A DNA stretch of 63,393 nucleotides from Candidatus Adlerbacteria bacterium (lineage in GTDB: Bacteria; Patescibacteriota; Minisyncoccia; Phycocordibacterales; SBAW01): NCBI GenBank assembly GCA_903878285.1, contig CAIRHB010000013.1, positions 1-63,393 of the forward strand. Reading direction: 5' to 3'. Positions 40,485 to 55,700 of the stretch are shown piece after piece. Position 1 is the stretch's first letter; every line of letters begins with the position of its first letter. Under the pieces are notes generated by a model. It saw only the letters and a program-made list of their open reading frames with translations. It had not been told where the DNA came from and did no database searches. The position numbers were made by a program, and so were the translations under genes.

Positions 40485-40527
40485 AACGGCGCGGAACCCA
40501 TGTTGGGAACCGCGCCGTTGACTTTTT
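40485..40527 (+). terminator. Intrinsic terminator
   Basis: AACGGCGCGG..CCCA-TGT-TGGG..CCGCGCCGTT then T-run. Confidence 0.75.
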
Positions 40528-40541
40528 ATTTTTCTCTATCG

Positions 40542-40562
40542 TACCAAGGACTGTCCTTGGTA
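40542..40562. repeat. REP-like palindrome TACCAAGGACTGTCCTTGGTA
   Basis: 10-bp perfect arms just past the rpoBC stop. Confidence 0.7.
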
Positions 40563-40566
40563 TTTT

Positions 40567-47415
<6,849 letters not shown>

Positions 47416-47538
47416 ATGAGTTTTAGATGAAGGGTGCCTGGTAAATGGCGAACGCTAGTAATCGCACGTTACTGCTCGTCAAGCACGATATCCACAGGTC
47501 CAAAACGCGAAAAAAGAAAGCGCTATATACGCTCCCCC

Positions 47539-47557
47539 GCAAGGCGTCGTGCCTTGC
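47539..47557. repeat. Palindrome GCAAGGCGTCGTGCCTTGC related to the 36342 element
   Basis: Shares GCAAGGC/GCCTTGC arms. Confidence 0.5.
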
Positions 47558-47558
47558 T

Positions 47559-47663
47559 GTAGATGACTCACCGAGCCATACCCTAATTGTCGATCGAAAC
47601 GAAAGCCCCGTAACTCATTCGTTTCCTCGCTCGCGCGTGGATCCCCGCCTTTGTTTCATCTAC
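47559..47663 (-). ncRNA. Candidate rod-shaped structured RNA (6S-like or leader)
   Basis: Nested inverted repeats GTAGATGA/TCATCTAC and GAAACGAA/TTCGTTTC around a poorly paired bubble; promoter upstream, hairpin plus U-run downstream. Confidence 0.35.
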
Positions 47664-47664
47664 C

Positions 47665-47692
47665 ATTCTACCCCCTCCTAAAATCATGTCAA
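47665..47692 (-). promoter_or_regulatory. Sigma70 promoter
   Basis: TTGACA-16 nt-TAGAAT on minus strand. Confidence 0.65.
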
Positions 47693-47730
47693 GCGCAAAA
47701 ATGTGTTGTAAATCCTTACTGTAACCTCCC

Positions 47731-48465
47731 CTAACATACCCTTTCCACAAACAGAGGCAAAATGGTGGATGCTTCGGGTGATGGTCGGAGGATTTCGTCG
47801 ATGGGACGGTCGCTCGGGAACCGCTCCGAGGACGAACGGTACTCTGCCCGCATCTCCACATCCGAGAACTCGACATGAAATTGCATCGTGTAGCAGCGCC
47901 CACCATAGCGCAGCACACTATTGCGGCATCGCTCGCCAACCCCGAGCACCACTGCACCTTGCGGCAACAGCACCACACTGTCTTTGTGATCATATTGTGC
48001 CATAAACGTCGGCGGCAACAATCCAAAAAATGTATCTCGCTTCCCTGCTTCTGTGAGGGTCACCGCGAACGTGCCGATTTTGTTTTGTGTCAAATCGTCT
48101 TGCACCGAGCCACCTTGTGCGAGTGCGATCAGCTGGTGCCCGAAACAGATCCCGAGACAGGGAATATCCTTTTCGAGCAGGTATGCAATAAGTGGGCGTA
48201 GACGCTCAAGAATCGCGCGCGACTCGGCGAGTACTGGGTCGTTTGGCACTCTCCCACCATCAAAATCAAAATCGCTTGAGCCACCAAAAATAATGCCGTC
48301 GTATCCAGTAACGATTATTGCTGGCGTATTCCACGAGAGTGAGTCGTCAATCGAGGAAGCAAAAGTAATCTCGGCGTGTGAGCCAAGCACCTGCAAATAC
48401 TCGCGCCGCTCTTCCTCGGCATTCGCGACATCTTTGTACGATTGGATGATAAGAATTTTTTTCAT
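47731..48465 (-). CDS. Class I glutamine amidotransferase-like protein
   Basis: GIIFGGS, LGICFGHQ, H.D.V, QFHVE. Confidence 0.9.
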   Translation of the reverse strand: MKKILIIQSYKDVANAEEERREYLQVLGSHAEITFASSIDDSLSWNTPAIIVTGYDGIIFGGSSDFDFDGGRVPNDPVLAESRAILERLRPLIAYLLEKDIPCLGICFGHQLIALAQGGSVQDDLTQNKIGTFAVTLTEAGKRDTFFGLLPPTFMAQYDHKDSVVLLPQGAVVLGVGERCRNSVLRYGGRCYTMQFHVEFSDVEMRAEYRSSSERFPSDRPIDEILRPSPEASTILPLFVERVC

Positions 48466-48498
48466 AGTGGCACAAAATGACTATAGCGCACGATGGCA

Positions 48499-48544
48499 TA
48501 AATAGAAATACTGCCGCACCAGCCCCGAAGGACCAGCGCGGCAG
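48499..48544 (-). terminator. Intrinsic terminator
   Basis: CTGCCGC-GCTGGTCC-TTCG-GGGCTGGT-GCGGCAG then T-rich tail (minus strand). Confidence 0.75.
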
Positions 48545-48571
48545 CATAGTACGTTCGCCCAAGACCCATGA

Positions 48572-49876
48572 TTAGTCGGTAAGCGCCTGGGCTACAGCGA
48601 CAGCATTATCTAGTAACTCCCGAGCTTCGGCGGATGTGGTGCCGTATGCCACAAACATGCCGCCATAGTCCTTGCGATACACGATTGGCATTACTCCCGA
48701 ATGGATTGCACCATTTGCGGCTGGCAGGAGAAGGCCATCTTCTGTAAGTTGCTGTAATAGTCCGGGCAGATTGTCTGACTCTGGAGTGAACTTACGACTC
48801 ATCCAGACCCCAGATGTAGATAGCTCTTGCCCATGCTGCTCCGCACAGAATATGAGTGGCATTGCTTCGGTCATCCTGCCCACATTAAGATCAATGAGGT
48901 ACATATGACCGTCAGTGCCTTGGATAAAGTCCAGTCCACCCAGACCTGTTGGCTGCGCTCGTTGGACAAATGCACGCGCCATACGCACAACACTTTGGCA
49001 CATGTCGTCCGAGAGCCCCGAGGGATACCGCAACCCAAGGAACGTATCACCCGCCAATGCCTGACGAGCAGGCACGCCGACATGTCCGCCGCAGATATGG
49101 ATACTCGGGGCTACAATAGCCGAACGAGCAGAGGTAACAACATTTTCCTCCAATATCATGGTTCCGTGAGCAAAACCGTGACGTCGAAGAAGACCATCAT
49201 CAATCGCCGAGAAGTACTCAATGCCGACACCTCCATCACCATCAACTGGTTTAAGAAGCATCTTCTTCACTCCTCCAGCACGCAGCCGACGTGATGCTTC
49301 CAGCAACTCATCTGTGGTGTCCGCCATAAATCCACGCGGAACACAAAACTCGGACAATTCTTCCAGTGAAGGTCCGCTATTCTGCACAAGGTTGATGTGC
49401 GGGTGCAGACATCTCTTCCCCCAATTCTCGCGCCACTCCCACGAATCGCACACCAGCGGGATACCGAGCCGCCGAGACAGACGTACAGCGCCTGGATGAT
49501 GATGGTAGGTCACCAACACCCAACTGCCGAGAGAGATTCTCTGCTTGAGTTCTGCCTCCATGTTGCCACAAACGCATGTCTCGAGTTGTGCAAACGTTCC
49601 TGGAGCAATCTGAATCTGCCAAGATTCCAATCCGAGAAGTTCAGCAAGCGCGTACACGATGTTTTGGACGCCGTCATAGAACGGAACGATGGCGATATCA
49701 ATCCCCGGTCGAAGCATGGGGACTGCATACCAAGGCACCGTCTGGTCAAACGCAGCATCCGATGCGCGGTCAATCGGCGCACCTGCCCCCCCCAAACAGA
49801 AAACGATGCCGCCATTTGGATTGAGCAGTCCGTGATGCAGGCCGCGAGGCACGACAGCACTTGTATTCGTATCCAA
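48572..49876 (-). CDS. Divergent ATP-grasp protein
   Basis: LLKPVDGDGGVG, ILEEN, GLDFI, YLIDLNVGR; TTG start after AAGGGAGA. Confidence 0.75.
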   Translation of the reverse strand: MDTNTSAVVPRGLHHGLLNPNGGIVFCLGGAGAPIDRASDAAFDQTVPWYAVPMLRPGIDIAIVPFYDGVQNIVYALAELLGLESWQIQIAPGTFAQLETCVCGNMEAELKQRISLGSWVLVTYHHHPGAVRLSRRLGIPLVCDSWEWRENWGKRCLHPHINLVQNSGPSLEELSEFCVPRGFMADTTDELLEASRRLRAGGVKKMLLKPVDGDGGVGIEYFSAIDDGLLRRHGFAHGTMILEENVVTSARSAIVAPSIHICGGHVGVPARQALAGDTFLGLRYPSGLSDDMCQSVVRMARAFVQRAQPTGLGGLDFIQGTDGHMYLIDLNVGRMTEAMPLIFCAEQHGQELSTSGVWMSRKFTPESDNLPGLLQQLTEDGLLLPAANGAIHSGVMPIVYRKDYGGMFVAYGTTSAEARELLDNAVAVAQALTD

Positions 49877-49920
49877 GATATGTCTCCCTTCACTTCATGT
49901 ATAGGAACTGTTTCAAAGAA

Positions 49921-49949
49921 AAACTAACATCAGTACAGTAACGTGTCAA
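49921..49949 (-). promoter_or_regulatory. Sigma70 promoter of ATP-grasp gene
   Basis: TTGACA-17 nt-TAGTTT; DnaA-box-like TTTTCCACA just upstream (49968-49976). Confidence 0.55.
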
Positions 49950-49993
49950 ACGTTGTCGTATAAAAACTGTGGAAAACTCGCGGGTTTTTGTGA

Positions 49994-50707
49994 TTACGCA
50001 CTCTTGCCTCGCTTTGCGTTGCGCCAGGCGTCCATCTTGGCATGGTCGCCCGAGAGGAGAACTTTTGGCACGCGATACTTTTTTATCTTGCCCGCGGCGT
50101 CAGCATGCTCGAGCACCTCGGGGCGGGTGTAGACCTCGGGCGAGGATGCGCGGCTTTCCTCCAACGATTCAAACTTGCCAAGCACGCCCGGTATCTGCCG
50201 CGCGGTCGCGTCGATGATCGCGAGCGCGGGCACTTCGCCGCCCGTCAGTACATATTCGCCGGTCGAGACCTCTTCGGCTTTCAAAATCTTTTTCACCCGC
50301 ACATCAATCCCCTCGTATCGCCCGCACAAAATAATCACGTCGCTCTGCTTGGTGAGCTTTTTCGCATACGCATTCGTCAGCGGCTTGCCACCTGGTGCCG
50401 TAATCAGCACCCGCACCTCCCGCCCACTCCGCCGAGGTTTAACCTCGGCGGATACATCTAACGTAGTCTGACTACGTTTTTGTAGGATTGCTTCGACCGC
50501 GCGGACAAATGGCTCGGCCTGCAGCACCATCCCGGGGCCCCCGCCGTACGGTCGCTCGTCTGCTTTGCCCCACTTATTAGTTACAAAATCGCGCAGCTGA
50601 TATGTCTTGACCGACAGTATTCCCTCTTTTTGTGCACGACCAAGAATAGATGCGTCTGTGTACGCATCTATCACTTCGGGGAACAATGTGACAACGTGGA
50701 AGTTCAT
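49994..50707 (-). CDS. trmD: tRNA (guanine37-N1)-methyltransferase with an in-frame insertion
   Basis: VTLFPE, PYGGGPGMV, CGRYEGID, YVLTGGE, YTRP, VPKVLLSGDH. Confidence 0.96.
   Translation of the reverse strand: MNFHVVTLFPEVIDAYTDASILGRAQKEGILSVKTYQLRDFVTNKWGKADERPYGGGPGMVLQAEPFVRAVEAILQKRSQTTLDVSAEVKPRRSGREVRVLITAPGGKPLTNAYAKKLTKQSDVIILCGRYEGIDVRVKKILKAEEVSTGEYVLTGGEVPALAIIDATARQIPGVLGKFESLEESRASSPEVYTRPEVLEHADAAGKIKKYRVPKVLLSGDHAKMDAWRNAKRGKSA
50427..50478. repeat. Two tandem palindromes inside the trmD coding sequence
   Basis: TCCGCCGAGGTT-T-AACCTCGGCGGA (50428-50452) and AACGTAGTC-T-GACTACGTT (50460-50478). Confidence 0.85.
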
Positions 50708-50713
50708 ATGCGT

Positions 50714-51163
50714 CTACGTAGTGAGATACCGCACTGTGTCGCTAAACAAGTTGCCACTTTTGAAATCTTTCGCAAAACCTTCGGGCAGAATATGCACATC
50801 ATCAGCTGGGCTCACCCATTCTATCGATGCCAATTCGTGTGCATGGGTACGATTAGCACCAAGCGTTAGATAGTCGCGCGGATTGAGTATCTCGAAAAAG
50901 AATTCAACTGGTTGCTTCCATCCGTTCTCAATGTACGTATTAACATACAGCAGCCGCCCAATACTCGGCTCGACCCCAAGCTCCTCCTGCATTTCTCGAC
51001 GCAAACAAGTAAGAACATCTTCGCCCCATTCCATATGCCCACCAGGAAGCGCTGCAAAACTCGCATCATGTGCATGACGAACAACGAAGAGTTTGCCATC
51101 AACAACGATAACAGCTCGCGCTCGTACCACAAATGTTCCTTTCTTTTCGTCTGTATCAGTCAT
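50714..51163 (-). CDS. NUDIX hydrolase
   Basis: Intact Nudix box GGHMEWGEDVLTCLRREMQEELG. Confidence 0.92.
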   Translation of the reverse strand: MTDTDEKKGTFVVRARAVIVVDGKLFVVRHAHDASFAALPGGHMEWGEDVLTCLRREMQEELGVEPSIGRLLYVNTYIENGWKQPVEFFFEILNPRDYLTLGANRTHAHELASIEWVSPADDVHILPEGFAKDFKSGNLFSDTVRYLTT

Positions 51164-51165
51164 AG

Positions 51166-51199
51166 CAAAATCCGCACCACTACTGTAGCGCGGATTTTG
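51166..51199. terminator. Terminator-like hairpin after khpA
   Basis: CAAAATCCGC...GCGGATTTTG. Confidence 0.6.
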
Positions 51200-51222
51200 G
51201 TTTTTGTCGTTATGTAGAAAAA

Positions 51223-51576
51223 CTAGAGATCAAGCGAGCCCATGGCTTCGTCGATGGATTTCATCGCGGGAGTGGCGGGTGCGGCGTGCGTGCCGTCCCA
51301 GCCGGTGTCTGCCGAGGAGCGAATGCCGCCCACGGGCTCGTTGATCTTGAGGTTGACGCGAGCGTTGTGCTTCATCCCGACCACGCGCAGCAGTGTGCGG
51401 ATCGCTTTGGCGGTGTTGCCCGAGCGGCCAATCACCTTGCCCATGTCGTCGGCGTTGAGATCCATTGTGAGCAAAACGCCCATCTCGTCGACCGAGCGGT
51501 GTACCTTGACCTCCTCTGGATGCTCGACCAGCCCTTTGACGACGAACTCCAAAAACTCCTGATCTTTTTCTACCAT
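51223..51576 (-). CDS. khpA: KH-domain RNA-binding protein
   Basis: DMGKVIGRSGNTAKAIRTL; downstream of rpsP. Confidence 0.9.
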   Translation of the reverse strand: MVEKDQEFLEFVVKGLVEHPEEVKVHRSVDEMGVLLTMDLNADDMGKVIGRSGNTAKAIRTLLRVVGMKHNARVNLKINEPVGGIRSSADTGWDGTHAAPATPAMKSIDEAMGSLDL

Positions 51577-51619
51577 GACAGTATATTTAATTTTTTAGTA
51601 ACAACCGACAGTTGTTATT

Positions 51620-52030
51620 TTATGCAGCAACGGCTTCTTCTGCAACCGAGTTATCCTCCTTCGCTACCGCTTCGGAGGACAGGTCATCTGCTGATGCAGC
51701 ATCTGGCACAACTTCTGTAACAGGTGCGGCTGCTTTCGGCTCTTCTACTTTAGGAGCGACAACCTTCTTTGGCAGCACGTTAATCTTTTTTGCGGTGATG
51801 ATCTTCTGCGAGACGAGCAGGTTGTGGACCGTGTCAGATACCTGTGCGCCTTGTTTGATCCACGCCAAGATGCGCTCGCCTTTCAACTCGACGCGGTCGA
51901 CGCGCGGGTCGTAGGAGCCGACCATCTCGAGGTAGTTACCGGTCTTGGGCTTCTTTTTTGAATCAACAACGATAACCCGAAAACTCGGGTCGTTCTTTCT
52001 GCCGCGGCGCTGGAGTCGTACTTGTATCAT
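51620..52030 (-). CDS. rpsP: 30S ribosomal protein S16 with acidic C-terminal extension
   Basis: MIQVRLQRRGRKNDPSFRVIV, GSYDP, GAQVSDTV. Confidence 0.96.
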   Translation of the reverse strand: MIQVRLQRRGRKNDPSFRVIVVDSKKKPKTGNYLEMVGSYDPRVDRVELKGERILAWIKQGAQVSDTVHNLLVSQKIITAKKINVLPKKVVAPKVEEPKAAAPVTEVVPDAASADDLSSEAVAKEDNSVAEEAVAA

Positions 52031-52121
52031 AGTTGTAGTGAAAATCCCTCTGAGACGAGGGTGCTGACACTGTAGCAGATGCTGGCGCAAAGTCAATTTG
52101 TGCGCTAGTATGTCTCTATAC

Positions 52122-54233
52122 ATGGCTCCCCGTCCCGGTCGACACGACCATCAGCGCCCACAGAACAGCGCTGCAAAAAAGCGAATAGCGGGCATTATCC
52201 AACTGACACGCAAAGGTGTCGGGTACTTGCCGTGGCCAGTCGAGGACGCCGAGCTTGAGCACCATCGCCGCAAAGAAATCGCCTCCGCCAAGAGCGCAGG
52301 CATCGCCAAAGACGCCAAGGCGGATATCGAAATCGCTCCCGAGTACTTAAACGGTGCGCTCAACGGCGACTTGGTCGAGGTCGAGGTGGTCGGACTCTTT
52401 CCCCGACCGAAAGGCACTGTGGTCGCCGTGACCGAGCGTGCCAAGACCGAGTTTGTCGGCACACTCAAGCAGGGCGCGGGCGGATGGGTCGTACTCGCGA
52501 GCGACATCAAGTTTTATCGCCCGATTCAGATCGCTCGCCTACCCGAGGGCGCGAAAGCGGAGGATCGCGTACTAATCAAGCTGCTCTCCTTTAGCGGCGG
52601 CAAGGATCCCGAGGGCGAGATTATCGAAATCATCGGCACTGCTGGCGACCATCGCACCGAGATGAACGCGATTGTGCTCGAGCACGGCTTCTCGACCACC
52701 TTCCCGCCCGAGGTGCTGTGCGAGGCAAAAGAGGTTGAGAAAAATCACGCAGCAACGATCGCTGCCGAGGCGTCGAAACGTGCCGACTACCGCAACGTGG
52801 TGACGATGACCATCGACCCATTTGATGCAAAAGATTTCGACGACGCGCTTTCGGTAAAAACACTCGACAACGGCGACTTTGAAGTCGGTGTGCACATCGC
52901 GGACGCGACCTACTTTGTCCGCCCGGGCACGGCGCTCGACGACGAGGCGACCAAGCGTGGCACGTCGGTCTACCTCGTCGACGCAACCATCCCCATGCTG
53001 CCGCTCGAGCTCTCGGGCAACGTCTGCTCACTCCGCGAGGGCGAAGACCGGCTCGCGTTTTCTGCGACGTTCCGGATCACCCCCGACGGCCGCGTGCTCG
53101 ATCGCCGATTCGAGAAATCGATCATTCGATCCAACAAGCGCTTTACCTACGAGGAGGCACAGGCCGTGCTCGACCAGCATGACGGAAAAAACATAACAGG
53201 CGGCGTTGCATCAAAAAAGTTTGAGAAAGAGTTGTTGATCCTGCGCGGACTCGCACGTATTTTGCGAAAAGGGCGCGAGCAGAGCGGCGCGATCGACTTT
53301 GGCGACAACGAGGTGAAATTTGTTCTGGACGAGAAAGGCGTGCCCGTTGATGTGGTGCGCAAAGAGCGCATCGAAACAAATTTGCTCATCGAGGAGTTTA
53401 TGCTCCTCGCCAACCGCGAGGTCGCGACATATGTGACCAAGCTGGCAGAGAAAGTCCCTGAGCATGGGCTCGTCTTCCTCTACCGTATCCACGACAAGCC
53501 AAAGGAGGACAGAATCGAAGAGCTCGCGACGTTTGTCCGCGCGATCGGCTACGAGTTTGGTAAGATTCAAAAGAAAAATGGCGCACCGAACAAAAGTCAT
53601 TACTCCGCACGCGACATCGGCAAGCTGCTCGCGCAAATAGAGGGCAAGCCCGAAGAGCATTTAATCCGCACGGCGACGCTGCGCTCGATGGCAAAAGCAA
53701 TCTACTCGACCAAAAATATCGGGCACTTTGGACTCGCGTTCGACTACTACACGCACTTTACCTCGCCCATTCGCCGCTACCCGGACATGCTGGTGCACCG
53801 TATCCTCGCGTCGCACCTACCCGACCGACAGACCGGCCTGCCTGGCAACCCGATCTCGCGCCGCGAGTACAGCAACCTCGAAAAGATGTGCCTCACCGCG
53901 AGCGAGCAGGAGGCAAAGGCGGTCAGCGCCGAGCGCGACTCGATCCGCTACAAGCAGGTCGAGTACCTCCTCGCACGCGTGGGGCAAGAGTTCGACGCAG
54001 TTATCTCCGGCGTCACCGACTGGGGGCTGTACGTCGAGGACACCAAGAGCGCGTCCGAGGGCCTTGTCCGCGTCCGCGCACTCGGCGACGATTTCTATAA
54101 CTATGATCCAAAATCCTACGCACTTGTCGGCCAGCGTACTCAAAAAAAACACGCCCTCGGAGATCGAGTGCGTGTCAAGTTGGTCGCCGCCGACCTTGCC
54201 GCGCGAACCGCGGATTTTGAGCTGGTGCGTTAA
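52122..54233 (+). CDS. rnr: Ribonuclease R
   Basis: TIDPFDAKDFDDA, VHIAD, IEEFMLLAN, HFGLA..YTHFTSPIRRYPD, C-terminal S1. Confidence 0.95.
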   Translation: MAPRPGRHDHQRPQNSAAKKRIAGIIQLTRKGVGYLPWPVEDAELEHHRRKEIASAKSAGIAKDAKADIEIAPEYLNGALNGDLVEVEVVGLFPRPKGTVVAVTERAKTEFVGTLKQGAGGWVVLASDIKFYRPIQIARLPEGAKAEDRVLIKLLSFSGGKDPEGEIIEIIGTAGDHRTEMNAIVLEHGFSTTFPPEVLCEAKEVEKNHAATIAAEASKRADYRNVVTMTIDPFDAKDFDDALSVKTLDNGDFEVGVHIADATYFVRPGTALDDEATKRGTSVYLVDATIPMLPLELSGNVCSLREGEDRLAFSATFRITPDGRVLDRRFEKSIIRSNKRFTYEEAQAVLDQHDGKNITGGVASKKFEKELLILRGLARILRKGREQSGAIDFGDNEVKFVLDEKGVPVDVVRKERIETNLLIEEFMLLANREVATYVTKLAEKVPEHGLVFLYRIHDKPKEDRIEELATFVRAIGYEFGKIQKKNGAPNKSHYSARDIGKLLAQIEGKPEEHLIRTATLRSMAKAIYSTKNIGHFGLAFDYYTHFTSPIRRYPDMLVHRILASHLPDRQTGLPGNPISRREYSNLEKMCLTASEQEAKAVSAERDSIRYKQVEYLLARVGQEFDAVISGVTDWGLYVEDTKSASEGLVRVRALGDDFYNYDPKSYALVGQRTQKKHALGDRVRVKLVAADLAARTADFELVR

Positions 54234-54239
54234 ACTCGA

Positions 54240-54521
54240 CTACATTGAGTAAAAACCACCAGTAAACTGCCTCCGCACATACCCTGGAACTTGAGACATC
54301 GAGACAAGGCGAAATTGCTTCTCTCCATTCCCCCTACGCCCCCAAAGACCTGTACCGTCTTGCCCGTACTCAAAACTGCCATCGCCTAAAACTACTTTAC
54401 CAACCACTGTCACAAACAATGGGGTTGTGTTACCAGACACGGGCTTATCCTCCGCCTTGCCAATATCTGGATTTTCACTCGGCTCTTCTGGAGATGGAGA
54501 AAGCGGCGTAACGTCCGTCAT
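54240..54521 (-). CDS. Small orphan protein (93 aa)
   Basis: AGGAGGT SD 4 nt before ATG; own promoter. Confidence 0.55.
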   Translation of the reverse strand: MTDVTPLSPSPEEPSENPDIGKAEDKPVSGNTTPLFVTVVGKVVLGDGSFEYGQDGTGLWGRRGNGEKQFRLVSMSQVPGYVRRQFTGGFYSM

Positions 54522-54550
54522 CCAGACCTCCTCTGCACATGTTCCACCAC

Positions 54551-54594
54551 AATAGCGGATTTTTTGAGCATACTATTGTCCCGCTATTTTGCAA
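54551..54594 (-). promoter_or_regulatory. Promoter with inverted repeat bracketing the -10
   Basis: TTGCAA-16 nt-TATGCT; AATAGCGG (54551-54558)/CCGCTATT (54581-54588). Confidence 0.5.
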
Positions 54595-54602
54595 CTCGTG
54601 CA

Positions 54603-55694
54603 CTACTTCCCCGATTTGGTGCGGTTGTCTTGCTTGCAGAGCATTTGGCAATTTTCGGCAACGGTTTTGCCGCCCTCGTGCCACGGCGTAATATGGTCTG
54701 CCTCCATCTCCTCAAGCTCAAAGTGCTTACCACATTTTACACAGATACCATCTTGCCGCTCGTATGCCTCGCGCTTTTCTTTATCTTTAAACATACGGAT
54801 ACTGAGCGACCGCTCACTGCCCGTCAATACGTACTCATAAATACCCTTCTTGTTTGTAATATCGTCATCGAGCATTAATTCTTTGATCTTGGCTTCGAGC
54901 TTGGCGGCATCCACCTTTTTGTCTTTGTAAGCATTATACAACTCGCCCCACGCGACATCCTTCATCTCCTTGCGATACGTCGTAAACGTCTTGCGCACCC
55001 ACGCGATCACATCCTGAAAATATTGCCACAACTCGTCGGCACCTTGGTCATGTTGATGCTTGCCCATGTATTCTTCGATATTGCCGTTATTGATCCACGA
55101 TAGCGCGGTCTCTAGATACTCTTGTCGAATGGGCGAACCGCTCACCAACTGACCACCATCGTGCGCGAGCAGATACGCGGCGCAGTTGGTCTTACTAAAT
55201 TTGAGCTTCGCGTCCGAGAGCCACGAACCAGTATACACCGCATTGCGCAACTCTTGGTCGGTTAACTTCTCGCCCGCAATGTTGATTATCTTAAACCAAT
55301 CTAACTTCTCACGGTCGGTGCCCTCGCAGAAATAAATCATTAACTCGTAGTCCAAAATCTGGTTTTGTTCCTCGTCGGTCAAGTTGTGAAAAAAGTAGCC
55401 GCCGAGCGAGTAGTCGCCGCCCACATACTGCCCGATACTGATTGTACGCTGTTGACCATCAAGCACCTCGTATACCCCCGAGCCTGTCTTGACCCAGTAC
55501 ATCACGTTGAGCGGGAAGCTCTTTTTGATTGTTTCAATCACCGCATCACGCTGCTTGCCGTTGTAGACAAACTCGCGTTGATATTTGGGGCGGATATCGA
55601 GTTTACCGCCATACGCCACCACACCCTCCTCGGCACTATCCTTGTAACCCGCAACCACCTCGCGCACTGCAATCTTGTGTAGATCAATTTTCAT
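54603..55694 (-). CDS. DUF262 (ParB-like) + HNH endonuclease
   Basis: RPKYQREFVY, LDGQQR, F..IN..G; C-terminal CVKC...EADHITPW..GG...NCQMLC...N. Confidence 0.92.
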   Translation of the reverse strand: MKIDLHKIAVREVVAGYKDSAEEGVVAYGGKLDIRPKYQREFVYNGKQRDAVIETIKKSFPLNVMYWVKTGSGVYEVLDGQQRTISIGQYVGGDYSLGGYFFHNLTDEEQNQILDYELMIYFCEGTDREKLDWFKIINIAGEKLTDQELRNAVYTGSWLSDAKLKFSKTNCAAYLLAHDGGQLVSGSPIRQEYLETALSWINNGNIEEYMGKHQHDQGADELWQYFQDVIAWVRKTFTTYRKEMKDVAWGELYNAYKDKKVDAAKLEAKIKELMLDDDITNKKGIYEYVLTGSERSLSIRMFKDKEKREAYERQDGICVKCGKHFELEEMEADHITPWHEGGKTVAENCQMLCKQDNRTKSGK

Positions 55695-55700
55695 AGTAGT

